Position numbers and translations under genes: made by a program. From contig JAUCBJ010008555.1 in NCBI GenBank assembly GCA_032718475.1, positions 73,303 through 137,302 on the forward strand: a stretch of DNA of 64,000 bases, given 5' to 3'. Within the stretch, counting starts at the first letter, position 1. Every line of letters begins with the position of its first letter. Shown here in pieces: positions 33,106 through 45,666 of the stretch. This DNA is from Nemertoderma westbladi. Lineage: Eukaryota; Animalia; Xenacoelomorpha. Under the pieces are notes generated by a model. That model did not search any database. It was not told where the DNA came from and saw only the letters and a program-made list of their open reading frames with translations.

Positions 33106-36100
33106 GCCTTGTGCAAAGAGGGCCATATGTAATATATGTTATTTGTTGTATGGAGTGTATGTGTTGGTGTATGGAGTTTGGGTTGGGCAGTTTTTCTGGA
33201 CAACTCTCAATTCATTTATATTTTATTGGTCTAACGTTGCAGCAGCGAAAGAGCGAAGAATTACACAGCTTCGTTTGCAAAAGAAACTGTCGGTTTTGAG
33301 AACGGTCGAGACGAAAAGAAAGCTGGAGAATTTGCCCTTTTGGCTTGTTAGGGAAAGATTGAAATACGAAGATGAAAATCTACCGGTTCGCGGGGGTTTA
33401 TTGGCAGTGGTCAATTTATCTTCGACTGCTTTATCAGGCGAGGAGAAATCACTCCTCTCGCGAGGTTTTAAGTTTGTACCGACGAGGAAACAGAAGGAAG
33501 ATGATATCTCATATTGGAGTTTCAAAGTTAGCAGCAAGACTTAGATCACGGATAAACTGGCAAGATCCCCAGGCGGACACGATCATAATGGAGTCAGTTT
33601 CTGACGATACGGAGAACATAGACGACACCGGGGCTGTAGTTACATTGGGTTCAGGTAGGATCTACGAGCTCGCGCGGGACGATATCCCGGATTATATTTT
33701 GGAATTTTTACAATTCCGGGTACCTTATAAGACTAGATACGTGGCGCCTAGATGTAATGATACTGTTGTCGAAGGGTTTATTCAACAGCTTCATTCTCGT
33801 TTGGACCAATTGGGTATATCAACAGCGAACAAGAAGACCCAATCAAACGTATCGAAGAGTGAACAGAAGGCCCTACGAGTTTTAAAGAATAGAGAAGATT
33901 TAGCAATTGTTCGCGGCGATAAAACTCACAGCATTATTTTTTGAACCAGGACGAGAAGCAAAGAGAAATAGACAGACTCCTCGGAGACACGGACACGTAC
34001 GAACTACTTAAACGAAACCCAACAAATAAGTTTTGAGCGGAACTAAAGAGAACCGTAAACCGATTTAATTCCAAGCAATCCCGACGTGGGATACGTCTTT
34101 CCCTTATTCAAAGATCATAAACTGATAGATGAGTGGATCGAGTGGGAAGACGGGAAGATAATTCCTAAAGCTCGACTTATAGTTTCTTCCACAGGAACTT
34201 TGTCCGAGCCTTTAGGCAAGTTCCTCGAGCATATATTGAACCCTATTCTGGTGAAAGAGTCTTCTTATACGAAGGGATCTTGGGATTCATCGTCGAGAAT
34301 TCCACAAAGGTTAGAAGATGGTTGTACATTTCTATCCTTGGACGTTTGTGAAATGTATCCAAGTATACATCATGATTTAGCTCTAGAAGGAGTCAGGTCG
34401 ACACTTACGCAAGAGGATTTTGATAACAGGAGTGGATATACAGTCTCACAGGTGACTGATGCTCTCATATTTGTTAACTCACAACTACTTCTGGAACAAC
34501 GGTTTCTACTACGTCATGAAGAGAGGTGTAGGGATGGGAGCTCCCTACGGGAAATCAGTCAGCGTAATTACCGTCGAAAGAATTCACAAGCACGTTAGCT
34601 AAGTAACTTTACACAGTGCGATATTTTTGGATGTTTTTGTGGACGACGCGGAAGCGATCTTTGATGCAGTCTTATCAGAGGGAGAGGAGGGTAAAGATAG
34701 TATCAGAGACTCGTCAACCAGGTATGTATGGAAGTATACGGCACAGATGATATTAGATTCACCATCTATTTTTCACAGACCCAAGCAATTTTTCTGGATC
34801 TAGAGTTGAGGTACGATAAATATACAAAGGCAGTCACTCGGGGGGTATAAGATACCAAGGCAGTCACTCGGGGGGTATAAGATACAAAGGCAGTCACTCG
34901 GGGGGTATAAGATACTAAGGCAGTCACTCGGGGGGTATATTTCAAGCCCCAGTCAAAGAAGTATCCGTTACCATTCGATCGTTTTCATAACAAAAAAGTT
35001 TTAAAAAACGTTGTCAAAGGGCAGTTTACAAGGTTTAGCAGAATTTCGAACTCGAACGAGGAGTTTGTTGCGGCGAGAGACAGATATTTAACCGACTGCT
35101 GGTCGGTTGGTTATCCTTCCGATTACCTCGATCGAGCCCTGTCAGTGGAGAGTTTTAGGGCTCAAAGGTTACCAGAGGATGACGAAGTATTTAGAGCGTA
35201 TTTACCTGTTACGGGATATTTTGAAGACTGCATAACTCCCGTCGTCAAGCAGTTTAAACCTCAATTGGAGGAGAGAGGAATCCGCGTTCATTTGGCCAAC
35301 AGTTCTTCAATGAATCTGGAGAGCTTGTTAATAAAGAAGAGAGACTCTATTGCGGAAAGGGGAAACCACAGGTGCGATGCCCCCAGATGTAAACCCTGTG
35401 AACTAATAATTAACCCGACTAATAAGCCTTGGGGGGACCCGATTGTAGGTAGTTTTTCGTGTGCGTCTGTCCGAGTTATTTATTGTATTTTTTGTTGTTT
35501 GCATCCTGACATTTATTACATTGGTCAGACAGAGCAAACTTTATGAGACAGAATGAACGGGCACAGGGGAGTTATAAATAAGTTTAGAGGGGGCGTACAG
35601 GACAGAGACGGCGAATATTTATTAGGAGAGCATTTTCTAGATTGCGACGGATTGTTAAAGGCGGCAGTGTATAGGTCTTTCAGATCCCATGCTGATAGAA
35701 TTCATACTGAAGCCTTTTTAATAAATAAATTTAAACCCCCACTTAACCGTTATTTCCCAGCTGTTTAATTTTTCCATTCCTCACTTAAACACAAGCCGAC
35801 GAACTGTTATTTTCCGATTGTTTAATTTGTGGCTCTGTTTTAAATTGCGAATTAATGTTCAGTATCTAATTCTCCTCAATTAACGTGCAGTATCGTAGTT
35901 TTCTTCCCCAGTTGCTATAATTTGTTAATTTTATTATTATTTATATTCTCCCCTACATGGTGCTATTATACTATCTGCCACCTGATTACTACTTAAGCAA
36001 CCCGTTCCTACTTGTATACAGAGAAGACTAGCTACAGTTTTCTTATTACCGTGCTAGCTTCCTACCAGACAGTTTCCTGGTTCTGTAACAATACCCTAAG

Positions 36101-36703
36101 TCTGCACTACGGGCTATGCGCTACAGTAGTCTAGTTCGTGCTGCCTACACGGTCTATCCTACTATGCCTACATACCCCCTTGACTCCTCACTTGGCGCCC
36201 TCAGTGCCCACAAGTATTACGGTACTATGTACCCTTCTGCTACGGTATGCGTACATACCCTCCCTCAACTCCTCACGTGGCGCCCTCAGTGCCCACAAGT
36301 TTACGGTACTATGTACCCTTCTGCTACGGTATGCGTACATACCCCCCCCCCCCCTCAACTCCTCACGTGGCGCCCTCAGTGCCCACAAGTTTACGGTACT
36401 ATGTACCCTTCTGCTACGGTATGCGTACATACCCCCCCCCCCCCTCAACTCCTCACGTGGCGCCCTCAGTGCCCACAAGTTTACGGTACTATGTACCCTT
36501 CTGCTACGGTATGCGTACATACCCTCCCTCAACCCCTCACGTGGCGCCCTCAGTGCCCACAAGTTTACGGTGCTATGTACCCTTCTGCTACGGTTTTATA
36601 TGCGTACATACCCCCCCTCAACTCCTCACGTGGCGCCCTCAGTGCCCACAAGTTTACGGTACTATGTACCCTTCTGCTACGGTATGCGTACATACCCCCC
36701 TCA
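33106..36703 (+). mobile_element. Degenerate Penelope-like element (RT + C-terminal GIY-YIG, Neptune-like Cys linker) with a tandem-repeat 3' end
   Basis: VVNLSS..LS..EK.LL.RG.KFVP, RGDK, LDVCEMYPSI, GMGAP, FVDD, C-x4-C-x2-C, VIYCIFC...YIGQT...MNGHR. Contains stops, frameshifts and a 30-bp x4 duplication at about 34826-34940. Confidence 0.85.
36165..36703. repeat. 84-90-bp minisatellite (about 6 copies) at the Penelope-like 3' end
   Basis: CGTGGCGCCCTCAGTGCCCACAAGTTTACGGTACTATGTACCCTTCTGCTACGGTATGCGTACATACCC... repeated. Confidence 0.93.
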
Positions 36704-36791
36704 TGCGTTACCGTATTACCCTGTACTGGTTGTAGTTGCGTTACCGTCCGTATTGCCCTGTACTGGTTGTAGTCGACGCCCCATCCCCTAG

Positions 36792-37003
36792 GTGACGGAG
36801 GCTCGGAACCCCTGGAGTGCATGGTATTGCCGCACTCGGTGTCTGTGCTCAACGGTTGCGGCGGGGAGGCCGTGTACGACGAAGGAATATGCCGCGGCGG
36901 TTGCGGAGACTTCCAGGGCCACTGCTGTCTACCGGACCAACAGTCGGATCTCGACGTTGTTAGTGTATGTGCCGACGGGTCGCCAACTTCCCAGAGTGTG
37001 TCG
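36792..37003 (+). CDS. Exon n: C-terminal cystine-knot (CTCK-like) domain
   Basis: ccctag| ... |gtaagt; LECMVLPHSVSVLNGCGGEAVYDEGICRGGCGDFQGHCCLP...VCADGS. Confidence 0.85.
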
Positions 37004-37249
37004 GTAAGTAATACAATCTACCTTGTCTATTATATTTATTATAATAGACATAAATCAATAATAACAGGTTACAGTTTTATCTCGATTTTATCGATTTTAC
37101 ACTGGAGATGGATGCGACTAAGCCCCCCCCCCCCCTGCCCCCTCCCCCTTCCATACCCACCTAGATGCTGCATTTATGATAGATCTTAAAATATCTAAAT
37201 GACACATCCCGGGACGATAATTAATAATATAATTGTCTTTGCTTTACAG

Positions 37250-37291
37250 GTTGTGTCTTCGTGTAGTTGTCAACCAACTCCAGAAGATTAA
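37250..37291 (+). CDS. Terminal exon o: end of cystine knot
   Basis: ttacag|GTTGTGTCTTCGTGTAGTTGT... = VVSSCSCQPTPED*, supplying the C-x-C of the knot. Confidence 0.88.
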   Translation, partial: VVSSCSCQPTPED

Positions 37292-37733
37292 CTCCCATAT
37301 TATTCTAAAACCTTTATCTTCAACAGAAACTTGACATTGACGGGTCATATAGGTTATATATAAACGCAATACAACTAAGTAACTATTTATTTGCGTCCGT
37401 GGGTGGTTTGGTGGTGGTATACTCTATAACTATACTTACTTATAAACTCTTAGTTAATATAAATATACTAATTAATTATAATATTTTGGTGCATTTATCG
37501 GTATACTAATCTCTGGCCGTTCTTACCGTTAAAACTCGTTCGTTAAAATAAAATTAAACCAAAAACGATATAGTTCAGGGTCCATTACCTTCCTTTGGTT
37601 CATAATAATAACAATATAGTTTTGGGTTTGAATTACACTGTATTAGTAGATATAGTAACACGGGATTTATTAAATATACGAGATTCCTGTAACGCATTTG
37701 TTTATTTTTCAACAATTCCGGTAAATTGAGAAG

Positions 37734-37958
37734 AATATTATGGTTTTGTTCATAAATTGTAAAAAACGAGGAAGTACGTCCCCGGGGGTTGAACCTGCGC
37801 TATTCCTACGTTTCGATCTATCAGGCCTCATCAGTTGCTACTGATAGAAGTGGATTAGATGGAGGGTAGGGGTCAGGGCTAAGAGGCTGAGCTGGTACGT
37901 AATTCTTCCGGTGACGCGCTTCATTGTTTTTTAAATTTCTGAACAAAACCATAATATT
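37734..37958. mobile_element. Small inverted-repeat (MITE-like) element enclosing a hammerhead motif
   Basis: About 50-bp imperfect TIRs: AATATTATGGTTTTGTTCA...GTCCCCGG (37734-37785) and CCGGTGAC...TGAACAAAACCATAATATT (37908-37958). Confidence 0.7.
37789..37840 (-). ncRNA. Second, degenerate hammerhead ribozyme motif of the same family
   Basis: Minus strand TAGCAA-CTGATGA-GGCCT/GAT/AGATC-GAAAC-GTAG-GAA-TAGCGCAGGTTCAA. Canonical CUGAUGA core, but stems II/III and the cleavage triplet are mutated. Confidence 0.6.
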
Positions 37959-38123
37959 ACATCATTAATTAAGTAGGCCTACAGTTGTACGACAATATAC
38001 TCAAGGACATGGCCTATGTATGTAGGTTAAATACCGACTGAATGTATACCCCTGTTCAAATTGTCGGCGCGTATCAGAACTAAAATGATTTAGTCACTAA
38101 ATTTTAGTTTTAAAATTATACTG

Positions 38124-38300
38124 TAATCAAGGTCACCTTAATAACAAGGCCTGATGTAGGTTATTACTAATCAAGGTCACCTTAATAACAAGGCCTGATG
38201 TAGGTTATTACTAATCAAGGTCACCTTAATAACAAGGCCTGATGTAGGTTATTACTAATCAAGGTCACCTTAATAACAAGGCCTGATGTAGGTTATTACT
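38124..38300. repeat. 44-bp tandem repeat x4
   Basis: TAATCAAGGTCACCTTAATAACAAGGCCTGATGTAGGTTATTAC repeated exactly. Confidence 0.93.
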
Positions 38301-40072
38301 AAAAATACAAAATGGCGGGGAAGAAAACCCACATTTGTAATTATTCGCAAATTGATTTAGTATTTCTGTTTTCATGATAAATTCATTGTTCTAGAATTTA
38401 GGTTATTGCAGGTTGTACAGTTTTGAAAATGTAAAATATCATATCGTTCTTTAATTTTGATAACATCTCCGGACGTTATTGGTGAAATTGAAAACGGTTT
38501 TCTGATTCTGAATCTGCAGATGAAGCCGTTTCTAATGAAATCTAGATTTCATTGAAAGATGAAAAATATAGCCGACGGAGGTGGCTAATTATTGCCAAAT
38601 ATACGATATTTAACTGCTTGTTATATCGAGATAGTTCAGAAATTGAAAAATCCGGCCAGGCCTGCCTGCAGTAAGTATATACATAAGGCCATGCAGCCGG
38701 AATTTACTAGCTAGCTTGAGGGTTTAGATTACACCATCTCCCTCACCCCCCTTAATTTTGGGAACAGTCCCGTATGCTCCGTATGCGACGTTCCGTCGCA
38801 TTTTCTAAATTTTTTTACGAAATATAGAGGCGAAAATTATGACTAATTTGGAACTAAATTACCATCGTTGACTTCCTCACAACATTTCAAAAAAATATTG
38901 TGTTCTAGAACACAATATTATCAGAACATTATATTTCAGAACACTAGCTATCGCAAATCAAAATCAAGGTACTGTATATTTTTAGATTTTATTTTTTTTA
39001 TTTTTTGGTAACAGTTCCATATAGCAGTCACTACATTTTTATAACATAAGTCATTGTTACCATGGCAACATTGTAGAGTTCTAGAACAAAATATAATTAT
39101 TATACACTATTCTAGAACATAAATAAAATAAAAAATATATTGTTCTAGAACATATAGCTAGTCATTTTTCAAATTTAAAATGGCTAGTAATTAAAATAAA
39201 ACTACATTTTTATAACATAAATCATTGTTATCATGCAAAAAATGTAAACTGCTATAATATCAATATTTTAAACATGAAATATCATCCGCAATATTTTCAC
39301 ATTTTTTATAATTACAAAAAATTTACTACTATTTACTACTTATATAATTTTCAACAAACATGCCTGGTGATTGTCCTTTATTTCTAATAATTGCTAACCG
39401 AAATTTAATATTCTGGAATGTCAAAATCATGCTATCACAGGTCTTGCTCTCTGAATGGACAGTTTATTTTATTTGCAAATATTGACTTTTAGAAATATGA
39501 TTCACAATTGACGAATTATAAAATAAAATGTTGGCAATTTTAACTTATTATTTAGACTGACAAACCGAATAAAAATTGTGTTTTATAGAATTGGTAGACA
39601 ATTTTTAAAATTTTTCATTCTGCTTATTTCCATGGCAACGGGAATGTAAACAAATTCAAATGTAAAATATTATGATAGACTATTATTTCCATCAATCACC
39701 TACCAAATCTCAAGGGAAGAATCCATTGTCGCCTTGAAATACAGGCGCGCAAAGTTTGAACTTTGCACCCGGTTACCTTGGCAACTATAAGATAAAAATT
39801 CCAGAAACACATTTTATAACATTACTATGAATCCTAGTCATCATATCCCCCTAACCAAAGTAAGGCCTAGCACATAAGAAGTTTCGAAGGAAATATTATG
39901 AAAATAGTGTCATAAATTGGGGAAAGATCGGCCTCCGCTAATTTCAGCTATTCGTTCGCGCATGACCTGTTATTTGTTATTTCTGTTATTTGGCCTATAC
40001 CCTCAAAATTCTTATTATAGCAAATTTTTGCAAACTTTTTTGGAAATGTTCTTGAACATGTCGTATGTTTAA

Positions 40073-40794
40073 GGGGGGGGGGGGGGGGGGGGTACACCAT
40101 TTTCGGACAACTCTTCGATTTATCACTCTCAGCGTTTCAAAATTATTTGATTTTGGCTAAAATTTGGCATATAGGTGCCTAAGATGCTATTCTACATGAC
40201 AGGTCAGAAAATTTTTTTTTTTCGCTATTTAATATTAGTTAATACTAGTTAACAACAAAAAAACTTGGTTGCGCTTAAAACCCTAAAGCTTTTACAGTTT
40301 TGAACCTAATCACATGAAAGTTTTTTTATATGATAGATCAAAGATGGGGCAACATAACTATCAGGCGAAATTTTGTTAAAATAATTCTGCACCGCTAGGT
40401 GGCGCTGCAAATTTATGCAAATTTTTAGGTTTTTTATAAATAGTATTAAATTTTATTAACAAAAAATTTCGAAAAGTTGCCTGATACTTTTATGCAGGGT
40501 GGCTATCTAGACACCCACAGGAAGTTTCAGACTAATTACTCAAAAATTGTAGAAGTAGTAGGGTTTTGAAGTTGACAATTTCATGAAAAAAATATTTGGA
40601 GATAATCGACCTTTCATTATACATAGTAATAGTAATTTCAATAGGATTCCCTAAATGGAAATTTACATAACTTGAAAACTAAAAGAGCTATTAAATAGCG
40701 GTTTTTAGATTTGGAAACACCATTCAATGGTGCATTATATTAGACCATTAAAAAAAATTAGACATATTTTGGACCAAAATGGTGTACCCCCCCC
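40073..40794. mobile_element. TTAA-flanked MITE (Kolobok/piggyBac-type target)
   Basis: TTAA-(G)n-TACACCATTTT ... AAAATGGTGTA-(C)n-TTAA. Confidence 0.75.
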
Positions 40795-42953
40795 TTAATA
40801 ATTTATATAATAAAATATTCAAGAACAAATATTCTTTGTTGTCTCCCCTAAATCCCGTAATAATTCCTATATATCAAAATTTCCGTACTAAAAGTGTTAT
40901 TTATTTTTTACGCAAATTGTGTTATATAGTACGCAAATTGTGTTATATTGTACGGAAATTTGTAGCATTTTTGAAATCGTCAAGTTGTATTAATTTTCTA
41001 GAATATTAGCTACAGCATTTTTACATAATTATACTAAGGTAAGGATTCCACATGAACATTATTCTATTGGCCTACAATTATTCTAGAAAATTTTAAGTTT
41101 CCCATTTCATTTAGCGCAATGGAGGCTACTTATACTATACAGAGACTAGGCCATCATAAATAATTTTAAAGTTATTCTGGTATGTATTCAAGGTTATCAC
41201 TTAGCCACAGTTGTGAAAAAATATAGCACTAAATTTTTTATCCTAATTGAGCGACAAGTCGTAATTACGAATGCGGCCCCTTAACTGGGCAACTCTCTCC
41301 CTCTCCGCTATATTTTTTACAAATCTTTAATGATATCAGGAAAACTTTGAAATATAGATAGGCAGTATGAACTCGAATTTTTCGGTAGGTGGGAGAAATT
41401 AACTTTCTCACTACTTACTTTGCAAGCGTTTGCAAAAAGTGTCTCCTCAATATTGCACCCTTTGTACATCAAGAAATATTGGTATCTTTTTGCTGCTTTG
41501 TTGTTGCCGCTGGAAAGGCGGCATACAAGAATACAAGAGTAATGTATGTAAAGTGCAGGCTGACTTGACTGGCATATTGGCATTATTGCATTTCCTCTGA
41601 TGTTTTGTGTGGCCATTTATTTGGTACGCAGCAAACTTCGGCCGGAGAAAACTTCGCTCTCAAAATGATTATTAGCAACATTGTTTATTGTTTTGGTTAG
41701 AAAAAGTCATATGTAACCTGCCGTTTCTGTAATCTGCTCATTTCCCCCGATCAGACGAAGATTGGACGCGGGTGAAGACGCGCCAAACCATTTATTTAAC
41801 TAATATTCTTGAAATACAAAACTATTTACATGATTGTGTGAAAACTAGCACTTCTCAGAGTTATGACCCGAGTGTATTTATGTAACGAGCGAGTGGAGCG
41901 AGTGAGGTTTACATAAATATAAACGCTGTTAACAGAACAGTGCCCTTTTCACACAATGGCTGAATGATGTATTGGGTGCGTAATTTTGTTACATTATGTA
42001 AACTTGTCTGCGTTTTCAACGCTTAAAATTATTATATTTAATATTGAAATGTTCACTCTCTAGTGATATAAGTGAAATTGATATCCTTTTTAAGAAATTG
42101 CTTGCAGTTATTGTAACAAATGTAACGTAAATAATGTTACACTTACAGTACAATATGGCTCTCATCGATAGACTGAGAACAGTCAAGACGTTTAGGAGTT
42201 TATTGCTATTAAATTATGAATACTTTACAGGGTTCCGTCCTATAGGCCGCAATGCTGTAAATGGTACCTCGCTCGTTGTGGAGATATCACTAGAACGCTG
42301 ATAAGTTGTCATAATAATGTAACAAAATACATAATATGTTCTAGAATGGTTTGTATGTTAAATAGTCCGATGGCAGAGGTATGAGAATGAAAATGGTGGG
42401 AATGGGCGTCGCCTAAGTCCTGAGTGCCTTGGAGTGAGTTTCACAAAACGGTAGATCCATCTCTTAGAAACGCTGACCAACCATTCTGCCAAATTAACTA
42501 CAGCTGTGTCACAATGTATCTACAATGTTCTCCTGTACCACCATATTAAACAAAAACCCCCATGAGAGGATCAGCTTAGCCTGACTTCGCTGAGACCCGA
42601 GCCGTGAAATATGTCTTCCGCCAATGAAGAAAGAGCAACAATGAGTAATAATTCAATTAAACTGATTAGTCTGTCACCTGCCCGCAGTCGAAATATTGAG
42701 GGAGGGAATTTTCTACTGTAACATCATCAATGGTCAGTCTATTTACATAGAGAAATTAAATAAAAACGCTTAAATTACTTACTGTATTATTACTTGTAAT
42801 TATTTCCCGCTAAAATATTGAGTTTTTTTAAATAGAGTCCGTAATAAATACCGTTATTTATATTATCCCCCAAAAATTCCATGCCCCATTTTCTTTACTC
42901 TCCCCCAAACAAAACCCTTTTAGAATTGTTAACCTTCTCAGGGAGACAACACA

Positions 42954-43130
42954 TTTATTGAACTGTTATTTGTTATTTTGTACGGATATTTTGTACTCGT
43001 AACTATTATTTCGTCCTCGGACGTGTTATAAGTCCTCGGCTTCGCCTCGGACGTTATAACAGTCCTTGGACGAAATAATAGTTACGCGTACAAAATATCC
43101 GTACAAAATAACAAATAACAGTTCAATAAA
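42954..43130. mobile_element. Near-perfect palindromic MITE (about 177 bp hairpin)
   Basis: Arms TTTATTGAACTGTTATTTGTTATTTTGTACGGATATTTTGTAC... and their reverse complement around a central CTCGGCTTCGCCTCG. Confidence 0.85.
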
Positions 43131-45666
43131 GATAGATATAGTTACATCTTGACGAATACATTGGCAGAATACTAATACATAATTATTTTTTCACTTTATT
43201 CCACATATTTTCACATTTTCATTATTTATCTATCACAGTCGGTGCATGTGGTTTTCGTGAAATTTCTGATTAATAATTATTGCACACTGCATTATTTCCG
43301 GAATAACTGTTTAAGACACTACAGTACCAATGTATATTGGTACATATGGCATGATATAGAGATGGTGTAATAAAGTATTATTCAGAAATTCATTGTGAAA
43401 GCATACAAATTGAATCTGAGATTGCTTGGTTTCTATATTTCTTAGACATGATATCTCTATTTTCAATTTCATGAAAAACATGAAATTAAAGGGGAGCATT
43501 TAATTCGGCTAATTCGGCTAGAGTTCCGTGTAGCTCTACATTTTGAAGAGTTCTAGAACAATAGAAAATAATTATCTCAGACTATTCTAGAACATAAATA
43601 AAATAAGAATAATAATGTTCTAGAACATATAGCTATTTTTTTAAATTTTAAAATAGCTAGTAAATTAAAAAATATTATTTTTAAATAAATTTCTAAATAG
43701 ACTTAAATTAATCCCGGTATTGATTATAGAGTTGTTGGCACTGGTATAGCTTGTGTGACCATTTTTGAAATTTAAAAAATTCAGAAATTTGTGTTATTGG
43801 TAAGTGTTCTAGAACATTAGTAGATATGTTTTTTTATGGTGGCTAGTGTTTTTTTTACTGGCTGATATTTTTTTAAATTATGTAAAAAATGTGAAAACAT
43901 TGATATTTCAGGTTTGAACTGTTGCAGAATAAATTAATGACCAAAAATATTGATGATATTATAACAGTTTACAGTGCATATTAATTTTTTTTATTTTGCT
44001 TACATTTTCAAAAAATACTAGCGAGTAAAAAAGGTAGTTCCGTATGAACTACATTTTTAAAACATATATCATTGTTACTATGGCAACGTTGAAGAGTTCT
44101 AGAACAATAGACAAGTAATATATAGTATTCTAGAACATAAATAAAATAAAAATTATAATGTTCTAGAACATATAGCTAGTTCTTTTTAATTTAAAATAGC
44201 TAGTAAATAAAAAAAAATTTAGATTTAAAATCGATAGTACAGTATATTTAAAATAATATTATACAATATAAAGTAGGCCTATGTTAAAACAAATATTATA
44301 CCTTTAAATTGATATGAATAAAAGTGTTTTTGAATACAGAATATGTTTTTAATTAGTTTGTCTAATGTCTAATTGTTTAATCTATTGGGAATTTACATTT
44401 GATTGCCTTTAATAATTCATTGAATCCATTCAATTTTCCCTTACGTATCTGACGTCTCCACAAGTATTCGATAAGATTTCCAGAGAATTTATATTTCTAT
44501 CACTACATATGCTTTGCTACCATACTGTACATAAAAAAACTTTTTATTACTAGCTATTTTAAATTTAAAAAATTACTAGCTATATGTTCTAGAACAATAA
44601 TTTTTTATTTTATTTTGTTCTAAAATAGTGTATATTATATGTTACTTGTTCTAGAACTATTCACTGTTGCCATGGTAACAATAATTTATGTTATAAAAAT
44701 GTAGTGTTATATGGAACTATTACCTAAGTTTCGGCTAGAGTTCCGTATGTGCCAACATTTTCTGTTTGCTCTAAAATGTGTTTAGTTTACTAGCTACTAC
44801 TTTTTGATGTTAGTGTGAAGTATTCTCGGATATTTCGAATTATTTTCTTGTTAAATAATGTTCTAGAACATATAATTTTTTGTTCTAGAACATTTTTAAA
44901 AAATTGTATTTTTTTGTTTTCTTAACACTTTTTTGTATAATTAACATATATCTAGTAATTTTATGTACTCAAGTAATAATTTACAATTATAGCTAGTAAT
45001 TTATATCTATAGCTATAGCCTATAGTCTATAGTTATATCTAGCTAGCCCTAGCTAACATTTTAAAAAATGTTCTGGAATGCTATCGTTATGGTTAGTTGT
45101 TCTGTATTCCAATTTTTTTTAATTAAACAATCATTTTAATAATTCTTTTTAAAAGAACAAATATTCTAGAATATTTTTTTTCTCGAAAATTGATAATAAA
45201 AATGTTCTAGAACATTTGGTACATGTTCTAGGACATTTGGTACATGTTCTAGAACATTTAATAAATTTTCTAGATCTCTTGCCAATAGAAAAAAAGCAGG
45301 CAAAATAGCATACCCCCCCCCCCCCCCCCCCCCCTAAAAATTGTTTACTAGCTAGTATTTGCTATTTCTTTTTATGAACATTCCAGAACATGTTCTCTAA
45401 TTTATAAAAAGTTTATAAATGTTCTGGAACAAATAATTTTGTTTTGTTCTACTGTAGAAAAATTTTAAAAAATTATAAAAAAATTAAATGTACTAATTTT
45501 ACTTTTGAATAATGTTCTCGAACATCTTCGCTAATCAGAGCTGGAAAAAAAAGTTCTAGAACAAGTAATTTTTGTTATAGAACTTTTTTAAAAATATAAA
45601 AAATATATTTTTTTAAATTTTTCTAGAATTTGTTTCATATAATTTTTATCGTTGCTGGCAAGATGA

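Larger units (their letters stand above)
3098..37291 (+). other. 3' part of a multi-exon gene for a secreted EGF / follistatin-Kazal / TSP1 / cystine-knot protein (15 exons visible, 5' end outside window)
   Basis: 15 AG..GT-bounded exons splice with consistent phases into one open frame (2630 nt, starting in phase 1) ending in TAA at 37289-37291. AATAAA near 37547. Confidence 0.9.
38900..45630. repeat. AT-rich dispersed repeat blocks rich in the TGTTCTAGAACA palindrome (direct and inverted copies), probably non-autonomous DNA element remnants
   Basis: The block at about 39030-39210 recurs at about 43545-43670 and 44050-44215, and inverted at about 44560-44715. Confidence 0.55.

Noticed and set aside
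35544-35546. In-frame TGA in the GIY-YIG domain as selenocysteine
   Set aside because: The position corresponds to a usually basic residue (CGA>TGA decay is likely) and the element has other disabling lesions.
36116-36791. Overlapping ORFs in several frames
   Set aside because: Products of the 84-90-bp tandem repeat.
36773-36791. Alternative acceptor TTGTAG at 36772 for exon n
   Set aside because: Gives an in-frame TGA within 7 codons; the acceptor at 36791 keeps the frame.
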